Shown piece by piece: positions 27,326 through 41,169 of a stretch of DNA of 64,000 nucleotides. Made by a program: the position numbers and the translations under genes. The number at the start of each line of letters is the position of its first letter. The first letter of the stretch is position 1. The DNA is from Ginglymostoma cirratum (taxonomy: Eukaryota), in NCBI GenBank assembly GCA_024137785.1, contig JAHRHZ010000025.1:26892989-26956988 (forward strand). The letters are read 5' to 3'. The notes under the pieces are model-generated. The model did no database searches, was not told the origin of the DNA, and worked only from the letters and a program-made list of their open reading frames with translations.

Positions 27326-27609
27326 ATTTCAATGGCAGATAGAAGGAAACTACAGGTAGTTAATCTAACGTCTGTTACTGGGAAAGTAAGAGGCTATTAT
27401 TAAAGAAGAAATAGCAGCACATTTAGAAAAGCCTAATGCAATCAAAATCAATCAGATTGTTTTGTGAAAGGGAAGATTTGTTTGACAAATCTGTTAGAGC
27501 TCTTCGAAGATCTCATGGTTGTATTGTATATGGATTTTCAGAAGGCATTCAATAAAGTACCACATAAAAGGTTAATGCACAATATAAGTATTGGGGATAA
27601 CCTTAAGTA

Positions 27610-27705
27610 CCTGGACTGCAGGGGTTCAAGAAGGCAGCTCATCATCACCTTCTCAAAGGCAACTAGGGATGGACAAGAAATACTGGACTAGCCAGTGACA
27701 CCTGC
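27610..27705 (+). mobile_element. 3' tail fragment of the LINE family at 14150-15660
   Basis: ctgcaggggttcaagaaggcagctcatcatcaccttctcaaaggcaactagggatgg...ctagccagtgacacc matches 15565-15645. Confidence 0.7.
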
Positions 27706-27752
27706 TTTAAAAGCACATTAAAAGAGTCCCACAATATTGTTAAGTCCAGTGG

Positions 27753-27855
27753 TACATAGAACATAGAAAAGTACAGCATAGAACAGGCCCTTCGGCCCAC
27801 AACATTGTGCCAACCTATTATCCTACTCTAAGATCGAACTACCCTGCATACTCTA
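27753..27855 (-). mobile_element. CR1-type 3' tail
   Basis: Near-identical to 13253-13340, with a (TTCTATG)n tail. Confidence 0.75.
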
Positions 27856-29002
27856 CCCTGGTAACAAAGGAATGGATTAGGCTTTCAGTAACAGATAACT
27901 GAGGTGGGGAGGAGTCATTGAAGAATCAAACCTGACATTCAGGGCCAAATTCTCAAATGCCAATGGGATCATTTCTGAATGTAATTTAAAAATCCAAGAG
28001 GTTATCATCTGGATCCCAAAATCTTTGTGACAGAATACAATTTTCAAAGTGGGTGTCAGAGGGGAGGGTGTGGAAACATCTATTCACCAACTGAATGCCC
28101 ATCAAATACCTTTAAAAGCTTGTGGAGATCCAACCTGCTATGTTTAAACGAGGATTCACTGAACCTGAACAGCCTGGTCCAGGTCAACAGGACATAATAT
28201 CTGGGTGATGGAGAAGTTTTGTTTTAAATATTAAACACTATAAAATGTTCAGGGATCTTGCACTGGGTTGTACACATCAACAGTATTTCGGCTGTTTGGA
28301 CACCATCCAGTGCTCTTATGCTGCTGGGCATCTGTGTGTACTGCCATCCATATCTTCTAAGTGTATGGTTTCTTTAGGGTCTTACATGGTTTAGTGTGTG
28401 CCAGGACAGCCACTTTCTGGTCTAACAAGAGGAATCTTGTGAATAAGATGCAGTTTATTACATTTCTGCAACTATTTCCAGGTTATACGAATAGGCTCTA
28501 CATTGCGACAAAGACTATCGGGTGGTCCTAGCCTTAGGTCTGTCTCCCATGAGATCATCCTTTACACAATACTTCAATCTTCATGACAGCATCACAGCAT
28601 GTGGTGCTTATTGCAGGGAAACAAGTGTTAACCCATTCAGACCCATATTTAATAGCTGCCTGCTCTCTTCATGAAGGTAGCAGCAGACTCCAACATAGAA
28701 GAGGTCTGCCTTTGCCACTGGTCCTTTGCAGGCAGGTCTTGCCTCTTGGAAAAACTTGATACCACTGATTTGGTGCTAATATATTGCCACGAAAGAGACA
28801 CTCTGTTACATCATGGTGTCAAGACGTAGAATTTATCCAGGCATCTGGTTCTTGACACTTCTATGAAAATCCAAGACCGTGTTTGTGAGTAGTCTGGTTC
28901 AGCCTTAGACAGCTGTAGGTGAAATAGATGGAGGTGGCAGCTAGGGAAAGCAAAATATGACTGAAACCATAGCTTCACAATATGTAGTTGGAGGCAATAG
29001 CA

Positions 29003-29100
29003 GTTCTGAGGAAGGGTGACCAGACCTGAAACATTAACTCTGTTTCCTCTTCACAGATGCTGCCAGTCTCGCTGAGCTTTTCCAGCAACTTCTGTTTTTT
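29003..29100 (+). mobile_element. Short Penelope-type terminal repeat (family B) with hammerhead-like core
   Basis: agtt-CTGAGGA-a-gggtgaccagacct-GAAAC-att-aact, followed by cagatgctgccag..gctgagcttttccagca. Confidence 0.75.
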
Positions 29101-30719
29101 ACTTAGTTGGAGGGACTGAGTTTAGTTATAGAAAATGATATAGTCAAGTGTTTATACATTATAATTTATACTTTGAACAGCAGACAACAATTTAATTATT
29201 TCTGCCTTATTAAAATAAACTATGTCTTGTCCTACTTATTTACTAAAAAGGCTTTTAACAGCATCAAATTAACTGTGTTGAAAGCATTGCTAATGGATGC
29301 AACACAGTCACCTACGGTGTGAACATCAGTTTATTAAAATAATGTGTTTGCATTTCTTTTCGACGTGGACCATTTAACATATAGAAGCCCTTGCAATAAT
29401 TTTTAAATAGAGACATGGCATCCAGTAAATAGCCTATTTACCTCTTTGCAACGAAATCATTAAAAATTTGGTGGGCAGTACAAATATAATTTGCACAACT
29501 GTTTGATGATAAACAGAGTGTGCAAACTTCCAAATTATATTTGAAACACTTGCAAGCTTCATTCAAATAAATAAAAGGAATCCTGCAAATCTGAAGTGAA
29601 ATTGAAAACTCTGGCAATACAAACAGGCATGTCAGTAAAAAATATAGACTAATACTTCAGGTGGAACAGTTCATTCATTCTGGCATTGTAACAGAGAGAC
29701 TCCTATATTGGAATCAACAAAATAAAGAGGGAAGGGGAGAGCCATGGATGGAAAACAAGAATTACATAGACTTTGAAACAGTACGGGACGCATAGCCCAA
29801 GTTGTCCAAATCTATATCTTTGCTTGGTACGAGACTCCTCACATCCTGTTTGATCAAATTCTATTGTTTCATATACCATTAGGCAAAGATAATTTGGGCA
29901 AGATTTTGCTGTAGCGAGGCCTTGAACATTGACTGCCATTAATTAGATACACCCTTGCGCCCTCCAGCTCAAATGATTTATCCCATTAAGTTTCTGAAAG
30001 TGTGAATTGATAACAAAGCAGTGTAAGAAAGAGGACACCTGGGACCTGAGTGAATACAAAAGCTAACAGACTATCTCCTTCACCAATTAAATATAGGGAG
30101 TAGAAATAAACAACAGAAGGACTAAGGAGAATGATTCCAATGTCACATCATTTATAGAACAAGAGTTAGAAAAAATTAAGAGAGGGAAATGAAACAGAAA
30201 GGAAAAGACATAAATGTTATATCTGATACTTTTTTAAAAATCTAAAGGAATGAAATTCTATATTTATAATTGTTAACTTTCAGTGCTACAGGGCTTGATT
30301 GGTTGTCATGAACAATTGTCATATTGTTAAAATGTGTTTGCACTTGTAATTAATAACCTCAAATATCTGCAAAAGAATTGATTTGTCCTGTCATCCAAAT
30401 ACAGTAGCATGACACCATTCAATGCATTTTAGAAGCGAGGCAGACAGCAAGATGTTGTTTTTATGAAACTAATAGCCATGTGACACAACTTAAACAGCAC
30501 CATTTAGACCTTCGCATATAATCTCATACCTATCCCACAACCGAAATTGTTGTACCATTTACACAAAAATGGGCGCACACCATGAATTTTGCCATTCTTT
30601 TGACAGCAAATTTAGCCCATGCTATATATACTGGTCCATTTTATTTCATTCATATATAATTTGACTCAAGAGTTATTCCCAAATTGAGCATGGAAAATAT
30701 TTAATTTCCATCACTGAAA

Positions 30720-30870
30720 AACCGTGAGAATAAGGAAGATAATTTCCAATCAACATAAGTGTTTGAAAGTTTGGTCATGTCTAACAAAGTCATTGAGCTT
30801 CTTTCATGAAGTAATACATTTGATGGAAGGGTTAATAATAGTCAATGTAGAGAAATGGTTCGTGATTTTA
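30720..30870 (+). mobile_element. CR1 RT fragment
   Basis: tcatgtctaacaaagtcattgagcttctttcatgaagtaa is a degenerate SCLTNLIEFFEEV. Confidence 0.5.
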
Positions 30871-32229
30871 ATTAAAGTAGCTCTAACCAAGATTTCCTGA
30901 AGGACCACCTGATAAACCAGGTAATTGTGCATGATAACCTGGATTCAAGTATCAATCAATTAGAATATCAGAACATACCTGAAACTCACTGACCTTGGAA
31001 GGAGTATTCGGCCAGGTGTCCCTCCAGATTCTATCCCAATCATGGAAAATGCACAGGACTAAGCATTGGTACCTCCTATACCTAAGCATGCAAGACACCT
31101 CTTCTCTAGTCCACCCCTCAAACCAAGACTTCCTGTGCAGGGACTATTTATGTCTACTCTCCCCCATGGCCAGTGATTGTTAATTGTTGCACAGCACACT
31201 ATTCCCATGTTCACAAGATCTGCAGCACAACCCACTTCCCAGACAAGAGGTTCATGCTTAATCGTGCTCAGTGTACATGCTATTGGACGCTTTTTGACAC
31301 ATGGAGCCATTGAGCAGGATGAAGCATGATGACTCTGTATAGAAATCATTGTAATGTACAAGGAACTCAAAGTTGTCTTGTCCTACCTGCATTCCAATCA
31401 ACAGGCGCAGGTTAATTGTACTTCAAGATTTCTGCATGCATTTTAGAATTATACAATGCCATCCCTCTTCTATCTGCTTAACTGTGATATTTCCACCTGT
31501 ATTTCCTGCTCCATCTTAACGAATGATATATTCCTACATATATCATCATTCTTGCAATATGTGTTGGTCATATTTCTTGGTATTGTGCCTGCCAAGAGCG
31601 TATGAGATGAAGGCATAAAGCAAGCATCAACAACCATTCAATGCAGTACAAACTGCAAGACATTGCTTAAATCCCCAGAAGAAGCTTAGGTGGAGTTGAT
31701 CATATCAGGCTCGAGCTACAAACACCTTCACAGCAGTAGGTAATGCATTATATGTCCTATTCTAAGGTTAAAGTTCTGGCTGAAACAGGTCTCAAACTTC
31801 AAACATGATCTCTTTAGTGAAATGAAGGCATCCCAAATATTGATCAGCACTTACATTCAAATAAGACAATTGATGCATAACCATTTTCTGCAAATATGTA
31901 ACACAGCTGAAAATCCTTCTCCCTCCTCTTCCTTTCTCTTCCAATGATGCGTTCTGTTCTGTGTGATATCTGTTCATTCTCCAAAGTACAATTACAAAGG
32001 GAAGTCCTACAATACTATCTACATCAGCAAGCAACAAGTATTAGTTAAAACTTTTAAAACACCAAAAAAATTGTTTCAGAAACAGTCAAGCCACTTCTTG
32101 TAGGCTACTGAAAACTTAAACAGGTATGGAAAGTCTCCTAAAGTGCATAGTATTTTACCATCAGCCATAAAGAATTAATCCTGTAACCAACTGATGATCT
32201 CTTTAAATTGCATAACTTATTTTTCTAGT

Positions 32230-32328
32230 CAGTGGGCTCAGCAATGCTATTACACATGTCTGGTGTAGGTGGAGCTTGAGCCTAGACCTCCTGACTCAAA
32301 GGTAGGGATACTTCCACTACGCCACAAC
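32230..32328 (-). mobile_element. tRNA-derived SINE head
   Basis: Minus strand: A box TGGCGTAGTGG, then B-box-like GGCTCAAGCTCC about 30 nt later. Confidence 0.5.
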
Positions 32329-32845
32329 AGTCCTTGTTCATGAGAGGTACTTCACGCTAATAAATATCAGGGTCAGCTGTGTAAAGGTTAAAGAAGATAT
32401 AGGCTGCAAAGTGGAGCTTCAGGCGTCCATTTTTCCATTATTATTCAAACTATTTCCTTTGTTTTGATGCTTTGATATATTTGAAAGTAATGTTGTATGA
32501 TCTCATAAACATTTAACAGCTCTTCCAAAGTGTTTCTTTGCTAGGCTAACACACACTAACCTATCTAACTATTCTTTATGATGCATCCTTCTAACACTGA
32601 AGATCCACTGGATGGTCAGCTGCCACTGACATTGTTCCGAGCATTTCAATCCTCTTTCATTGATATTCAGTAAAAAAAATCTGTTAATTGTGTCGTAAAG
32701 ATATTTTTCTTGATAATTATTGGTGAATGGTTTAAGTATACCTTGCTAAAATAGTTTAATCTGTGAATAACTCTGAAATATACAACAAATAATCTACTTC
32801 TCTATGCTGGCATGAACATGACAGGGAAAGTAGATTGAACTAATA

Positions 32846-32930
32846 CCTGAAGAAGGAGCGAGGTTTCAAAAGCTTGTGTTTTTAATTAAACCTGTTGGAC
32901 TATAACCTGGTGTCATGTGATTTCTGACCT
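32846..32930 (+). mobile_element. Short Penelope-type terminal repeat (family C), degenerate hammerhead core
   Basis: CTGAAGA-a-ggagcgaggtttc-AAAAGCTT followed by taaacctgttggactataacctggtgt. Confidence 0.55.
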
Positions 32931-34784
32931 TGAATTATTTTAGTTTGAGTACAATTAGATCAATAAAGTGCTTCAAATCATATATACAATGTGGCACTGC
33001 GTACATTCCTCCCAAACTAACAGAATTCTTCTGTATAACATGGTTAGTCTAGCACTCTGTGTCAAGGAAAATGTCAATCAAGATCAGGATCATGCTACCT
33101 AGAATTTAAACCTTGCTTGTTTTCAGGGAGAGAGAAGAGAGTGGGAATTTGACAGCCTGAATGGGTATTGCTATTGCTACAAAGAAACATCAATGGAAAT
33201 AGCTTTCAGTGAAAAAAATAGTAGCCTCACAGTGTAACTAAGCTGGTCATCTTTCACTGACTTTGCTAAGATTGCCTTCTCAATGCAAAAGAACTATAGA
33301 CTCAAGGGAGATTAAATATATTAGTGCAGAGTTGTTTTAAAAGTGAATACATTTTTAGACATATTTAGGCTATACAGAGTACATTTATTGAAACTACAGT
33401 AGTAAAAGTGCACTGGTTGTAAAGAAATTTTAATATTGATTCAAAATATCCTGGAAATAGCTTGATACTTTAGCAATTCAATGTGCTTTACATCCTCTTT
33501 CAAAACAATGAAATGTTTATTATGCAAACATTCTGCTCCTACTATCCAAGGCACAAATGTACACCACGTTGCTAAATAAAAGTGGTCCCAGGAGAAATCT
33601 GTAGGGCTCCGTCCTGTGACTAACATTCTAACGAGGCATGGAAATAACGAAAGTGTTGTGCAAAGCCGTCAATGGATTTTCCTTCACATAAGCTCTGCAG
33701 ACCTAGCCAACGACAACACAAGAAATTAGTCCCACATTTGTGGGGTTGCTCTGTTAGTGTATATTTTCCACAAATATAAAACTTTTAAAAACACTGGATA
33801 TATCAATAGGTTGTTCATTCAGCGGAACACTGACCTTAAACTTACCATTAGCTGTTTAAAAAAAAGTCACTAGTGTATTACCATTATTTATTAAATATAA
33901 TTACGCCGGAATGAGATTTCTGAAGTATGTGATGTCTTTACAATGGTGGGGAAACAACGTGCACAATGACCAACAAAAATTGGTCACTTGTGCTACAATC
34001 TTAATTTGAAACCTACTATTTAACAATTTGTAAGTGAGGCCTCAAAGGACTGGTTGCTAAGCTGCCCTTTTCTATCTGCCTATGGATCAGTGTCTGTCTT
34101 AGTCCCAGGCAACGTATATATTAAGCAAGGAACTGGCTTGAAAACTCATCCCAAAGGAGGAAATGGAAAATGTATTTTCTTAATTGACTGATGGCTATCA
34201 ACATTGTTTGCTTAAATAATACGTACAATCTTTGTGAAACAAGTTCTATTTCAGCAGCTCATTTAACATGACATTACCATACATTGGTGAGCTAAAGCAC
34301 AGGTAAAATATATGGAAAACTACATAAAAATCTGGAGGAAGAACGGAGGGGAGAATTGTCCTGGCTGTTGCGGAATCGTAAATGAGTTGGTTCTAAAAGC
34401 ATTTGTATTGTCACTAAACAAGACCTGTCATTTTTCCCCCATGGAGTTGGCAGACACGAACCTCGCTGTGGGCTGATGTAAATCGTGACTGTCTCTAATC
34501 TAACAGTTTGGTCGTGCATGGGTTTTTCTCTTGAAAATAGCAAACAATTTTTCAGTAAAATTCATCTTAAGCATCGAAGGATTCATCAAAATGATCAAAA
34601 AAAAACTGGAAAACTTCAGGGACCGTCTACAGAAGATAAAACTTTCAAGGGTTAAAGGTGATTTTTTTTTTCAAACTTTAGTAATCATTCATGTTGTTTG
34701 AAAGGACATTAGTTGACATAACCCCCATATTTGTTGATCTGCCCGGGTCAAGGGGATCTACCTTTGTCGTGTCTGGCTGTGAAA

Positions 34785-34840
34785 ACGGAACAAAAGCAGA
34801 AAGTGCTGGAGAAACTCAGCAGGTCTGGCAGCATCTGTAA
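34785..34840 (-). mobile_element. Family B fragment
   Basis: cagaaagtgctggagaaactcagcaggtctggcagcatctgt. Confidence 0.7.
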
Positions 34841-35210
34841 AATGAGAAATGGATTTCCTTTGAGAATAAGTAAAGAAAATACTTATGCAAACTTCCACAG
34901 GAAACATTTTGCAAACAGCCTGGTGTACACTCTTCATGTTTTCTTTATCGACACTTTCAAAGATACAAACGACTCTTTTCTGATAACAAAAAAGGCCTGG
35001 TCGACATCGTAAGTTAAACACATGGTTGGTCACCAACAACAAGATACAAATGCAACTCGATAGGTTGCTATCACTCCAGATTTTGTGCAGAAAGTAATGT
35101 CAGGAGATGGCACAAAACGGTCCGCGCCATTGACTAACTATCCGTGCTATCCAGCACCTGCTAATTCAAACTCATTGCAGGCAATGTTACTGCATAGCAG
35201 ATCAAAGCAA

Positions 35211-35325
35211 AGTTCTGCAGGAGTGTCAGTGGACTCCAACTTTAGCACTGTTTCTCTCTCCACAGATGCCGCCAGACTTGCTGAATCTCCCCAGCGCTTT
35301 CTATTCTTATCAGATATAACATGCG
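35211..35325 (+). mobile_element. Family B copy, degenerate core
   Basis: agttctgcaggagtgtcagtggactcc...ctgtttctctctccacagatgccgccagacttgctgaatctccccagc. Confidence 0.7.
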
Positions 35326-38300
35326 GTCGATCCGAGATTGCCTTTTTACACCACACTCCAGACAAAATTCTAACCCCGTTGTTTTATTTACGCTTGCTGA
35401 CGAAAAGAAGGATTTTTTAAAAACACTTCCTCTACAAAGACAACATTTTCCCACTAACCTCAAAAGGGAAACATTCAGCAAAGCAAACATACTTTAGCAC
35501 CAGCATTTCTCATAGTGGTGCCAGTAGAAATGACAGACTTGGCCCTGAAATGGAACATTGAATGTTGGGACGTGTGTCCTTGTCTCCGTTCGGGTAAATT
35601 TCCTCAAATTTCAGCGTCTACAGGCTGGAAGGCATTCTGTGAAAGGGACAGAATGAGGAAAGATTATAACTGCAATTTTACTCTCACTTTATCTGGAGGA
35701 GCCCCGCCCAAGTCCACAGATTCCGGGAGTGGGTCGGGGCGTATGCTAATACATGATGCATTTGATAACATGGGTTAAAAAGTGTTTTTTTTTAATTTAA
35801 AATAATTCTGCGAAGAATCAACGAAGAAAAAAAACTTCATCCAAAAAATGCAGAATGAGTGACTTGGAGGTTTCAAATTGCACGATAAGAATTCATTGTT
35901 ATTATGCAAAGGCTGTTTGTGGGGGAGTTGCTATTTTCACTCCCGTGTGGGTGCAGAATGCCTGAGTGAGTAATGTCTTTGCGCTATGCGAATATGGCTC
36001 CAGCACCCTTTGTTTGCATACTTACCTAACGGTGTCCATTCTTACATCGTAAAATAATAACAAGAATATGGCTTCAGTTAATCATGTTGTTGCCGCTCGT
36101 ACGTGAAACTTTGGTATTAAATGCTAAATGGTGATAAGAAACGTCGAATCGATAGTCCCACACAAATGAATTTACAAACGACCTTACTGTCGTTAAATAC
36201 GCAAATGACTTATCCATGTATTTCTTACATTGGCAGTTCCCAACAACAGAAAGCACACATGAATGATCTGCTATTTTCTATTTCAATATGACATTCTGGC
36301 GGAGAATATAAAATTTGCTAAAGCATCTGTTGAAAATATGATAATAGCACTTAATGCAAATATTTTATTGGACCATAGCCCGCATTAGAAGCAGTGTGTA
36401 CTTTTACTGATTCCACAGTTCACGTCTAGCAACCCAAGTGACAGTGACCTCAAGTGGCCCTCGCAAACACTTGATAATCAATGGAGACCAGAGAGTTATA
36501 AGAGGCGGTCATTTTCACTGAAACTGCCCTGCTGAGGTGATAAAACACGATTAGTCCATCTTATGTTCCATTTTTGCCAGCAGAGCCGAAGTCTGAACTA
36601 TAGCTTTCGACGTGGTATTACTTTAACTTCGTTCTTTACAACATGGTGTAAAGTTGATTTTGTTAAGAATGAGAAAGAATGCTTGTGTGACTTTACTTCC
36701 TCTTTTGCTAATAATGGATTATGATGGAACCCAATGACGGGGGAAATAGCGATAGTGGTGTAGCAGTTTCTGAAGACTTCGGGCAACATCTGACTGAGAC
36801 AATGTCATGAGAATTACCTGTTCGTAAACGTATGGACTATACACTGCATAGGAGAGTTTGACTGCATTGTGAAGATACGTGAGCGTCTGTCCCACATAGT
36901 TTTAATGATAAACAATAAATTGGTCTTGAATGACTGTTGAAATGGAAAACTCGAATCGTGAAATGACAGCAATAGTCCACTCCACAAAGGCCAAGCAAAA
37001 AAAACAAGCTATTCATATAACCACAGGTTCATCTTGTTCTATAGTAAAGCTATGTTTTTCTAAGAACCATTTATACGTTGAAGAAACTGCAATGTGATTT
37101 CAAACTATTGCAGGACATTTTAATTAATGACTGCAATGTTTAATGGGAAAAGAATCAAGTTTTTTTAAATGTTGGTGCTTCAAGCAGATTTTTTTTTAGA
37201 AAGACTAAAAATGGTGCCCTTCATAAAGTTTGACCAGAACGATTACATTCCATAATGCAGCTCAATGCAATGCCTAGACTTTGATTTTGGCTCTTTTTTT
37301 TCCAGTTACACAGAGCCTTTTTTCCCTGAGGTTAGACTCCCTTCAATGTGAGCTCTGTGATCCCTTCATCTCCCTCTCCATGGTAACCATCAGCATCCTG
37401 GCAAAAACGCACCTCACTCAGACAAGGGCATATTCTTCCCCATCCAGCATCTGGACACTTTTAACAAACTTACTGCTTGTCCTTCGATTACAACAGGCCT
37501 CGCATTTCCGTCTCCTTCAATTGAAAGTAAAATAGCAGCTTTTGATGTTTTGCAATTAGGAAATTCATAAATAATGCAGCTTCTGTGGTGTTACAAACTG
37601 TAGCAAAAATATATTTCCTCGGTAATAGGATAACCGTTAGATGGTTTAAATTATCACTTGCACTTTATCATTTTGAATGTAAGTATGGAATAAAGAGTTG
37701 ATACATTCCTAAGAAGTGAATATTATCGGGATGAAGTAACAAAAATAATGTGTTCACATACACACGAATCAGAAATTGCTGCTTGCGAATTAGTTCGATA
37801 AATTCACCCTCAATAACAGAAAAATCAAACTTTTTTTACTAGTCGTAAAGCATCTTCAGGGAAATGAAGGAATTCATTAAATACATCGTCATCTCTAACA
37901 GCCATGCCCAACATTACATCTGAAAACAATAATTGAATGCCCTGAGCATGTTCTGCTTTCTGTTAAGATGTGGAAGCAAATAGCCCTTAACACCACTCGC
38001 TCTAACCTCTTCCTTTGTTAAATTCTGATCCATTCTATAAAGTTCCGCGATCACGTGACCAGTTCTTTGAACTTGGGTTAATTTAAAAGGACACGTCTCA
38101 GCATCTCGTGGATTTAAGCCAGAGGTAATGGATACTTTACTCGATAATTTATTTTAACTGAATAGCTAAACTACTGGGGGAAAATAGGCAGTGGTTCATG
38201 AACACCCTCATTTGTAGCTTCACTCATAAGTGATTGAAACATTACGCTGTATTGGTCCTGGCTAATTTCCAAATCGATGAAAGCGACAGGACTGTGGCAG

Positions 38301-41169
38301 CACATTTTGCCTAAGCCTTCAAAGCAGCTCTGTTTAAATAAAAAAAATAAATACTGATACTTTTCTCAAAAGGGCAATAATGCATTTTACTTCTTATGAC
38401 AGGAAATTACCAGTCAGACCTTCAAAATTTGTAAAAGCATTTTAATTGTCATGTAATTTCGCTTTAAATAATTCCTGAAAACTGTGATCACGTTCTTATA
38501 AATTTCTGGCTAATACACAGATCTGGACACACCCGTTGTGGGGATGACTATTACGACATTGGTTTTCATTTTAAATCGTCAGGGGAGGAAATAACTGCAA
38601 TGTTTTTACTTGCGGTCACCAGATGAATCAAAAATGCTACATTCTCAGTTGTGAATATTCCTTTAAATTTTAATTCCATTAATATGGACAACGATGCAAT
38701 TTTTGTTTTGGCACTGTGTCTCTCAGTTATCAGAGGCGCCAAACAACGAGATGCACAAAACATACTCTTTTGGAAGAACTATGGACAGGCACCTTTTAAA
38801 CTGCTGGTCAAAGGCATATTCTGATGGGCAGAATGGCACTTTCTCTTTGCACGCCTGAGAGAATTCCAAATGGTATCAGTCTTCCAATTCTATTGCTGGT
38901 CTTTCAGTGGCACGGCGAGAATGACCAGTGAGAAGATGACCCCTACAGACCAAAAGGATCTTAGTTTGAACCCAGCTGGACTGTGTGCAATGGCAAGGAG
39001 GTGTCCACTATGAAACAGTGGTTGAATAGCCAAACTACGACCATAATTATGACTCACACATGTACCATCTCACTTAGCTAAGGGGCCTGAGGGGAGCTAA
39101 TGCATAGATTAACTTCGATAAATGAGAAATGTACTTTGTACTGGGAGAAAATCAGAACTTTTTTGTGAATACACCCCCACTACATTCCAATCAAAAGCAT
39201 ATTGCTGCGATGCAGGAGTAATTTGTGGCTAATCGTGGTTTTATCATTTACACACATGAACCTGGCCAGATCTACAACAAGACAAAAAGCGAGAGCTTTG
39301 CATTAAATAATATTCTATGATGGTCAACAGCTGTGATTCTATTTAGATCTTTTATCCATAGTACGTTAGAATGGATGGAAAATGCATGTGTGCCATTTTC
39401 ATTTTACCTTGACTAGACAGGTTGGAACTGAATTATTTCAACTGCCAAGGAAATTGGATCTACTTTGAAACTGGTGATCCTTTTCCAACATCAAAACAAC
39501 CTTCCTTCCTTGCTACACTTCAAATCTAGAATGCTTTATTCAGGATATAGCGCAATGTGCACGGGCAGATCTAGTGACAACGTCTGTAGTCCTTTTTAGT
39601 CACCCAAGCGGCAGCAAATCTTAAAAACAGTCAGCATTCTGTATCTCTTTACCTTAACTCAGCAAGTTCTGGTAAGTCCACTCCTGGAAACTTCCAAGTG
39701 CAAGCACCATTTGACAGTATAATTTCAGTATCAACCTCCCTCAGTAAAATACTATGAGGCATATGGCACAGGAAAGAAATCTTTAAAATGACCAGAAAAC
39801 CATCCATTGTACAGTTTAATTTTCAATATAATGAACATCGCAGAGCTATCGGGTGTATGGTATGAATGCTATAATATTGCAATTGATGTTACCATTTTCT
39901 TTAAACAATCCTCAAACATCCTTCCTTTCACGGAAACTGATTTATATTGCTGCCAGGGCTAGAGGCAACTCCAATCGAGGAAAATTCAACCTCGCTAAGT
40001 TGTATTAGTACGAGCGTCATGTTCAACTATCGTATTTGAGGAGGTGCGAGAATTTGTTTAGATTATAATGGCTCTGACCTGCACTCTCAGAACTCCTACA
40101 GAGCGAGGTTCTGAGGGCCACCGTCAGTGCTACAGCATTTGTCCACTGGAAATCACAAAAGTGTATGTCATACCGGGCAGTCACCGGTAGATCTAAATTG
40201 TTAGCAATAGCGCAACGTGGTTTTCAAGAAGGGAATCTACATCAGCTTCTCCAAACTTTTATTCATGTGTGATGTACCTCGTGAAGAATCAATTTTCAAA
40301 AGCTCACAAGAACTTGAACACTCCAATAGTGGCAGGTAGTAGTCGGAAGAGCAATAGGAGCAACAAGTGATTATGATGTATTAATTTCAATAGTTTAGAC
40401 AGTAGAGTAAGATAAATAAACCGGAGTCGTTCAGGATTTCAATGCTTCTCCCGCCACCCTATCAATGGGCTCCAATCATTCACTGCAATTGTTTGTTTTT
40501 AATTTGAAGAATGATTTCCAGTTTCGATGTTGATTTATTTCATACATCCGGAATGTTGAATGCCAGGAGTGTGTCAAGTGTTTGTGAACTCCATGTTATT
40601 GATATATTCATACTTGATTGTAATAATTAGTGAAAAATTATCACTGCTTGAACATGCGGAGACAGTGGATGATAGTATAGAGTCATAGACGCCTAAAAAG
40701 GGTGACAACATTTTTAAGGGAGGAATTCAGGCAATCAATAAAACCTTGAACTGAGAAACTTAGATGATTTATGTTATTTGCCTTGAGTCCCAGGATTTGG
40801 CTTAGCTCATCTTTAGACAAGCTCCAAGCTTGTTTTTGCCTAATGAAAGTGGCTGTTTTTCGCTTTAATTAACAAGCCACCTATGGAATAATAGGAATGT
40901 ATGGCTGCAAAATGCACGATTCTCGAGAATTTGATACTGTTAGCGGGTTATTAATGACCAATTAAAAGGGACAGCCTCCTATTTTTCATTGAAACAGAGA
41001 TTTCGTCTCATCCAATAAATTTTACTATCATCAGATAAAGTCCTGTATCTGGGTGTTCTTTCGGAATGCGGTCATGGGATCAAAAGCGGGTCTTGGTCCG
41101 AACTCAAAGTAATACTCGGTCGAAATTGTCACCTTGGGCCACGAGGGAAACTTTGCCAGAGAACTGTGA

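Larger units (their letters stand above)
21400..27600 (+). mobile_element. Old CR1 LINE (ORF1 zinc finger and SGNH esterase, ORF2 endonuclease and part of RT), interrupted by younger insertions
   Basis: ICSKC (~21762), VVIGDSMVRGID (~22487), VVMVHISTN (~22637); APE-like GKGVGVALLI (~25800); GNYR..LTSV.GK, CLTNLLELFED and LYMDFQKAFNKVPHKRL (27345-27575). Confidence 0.8.

Noticed and set aside
30950-31500. TE-like coding debris
   Set aside because: Looks repeat-derived, but no diagnostic motif could be read, so it is left unclassified.
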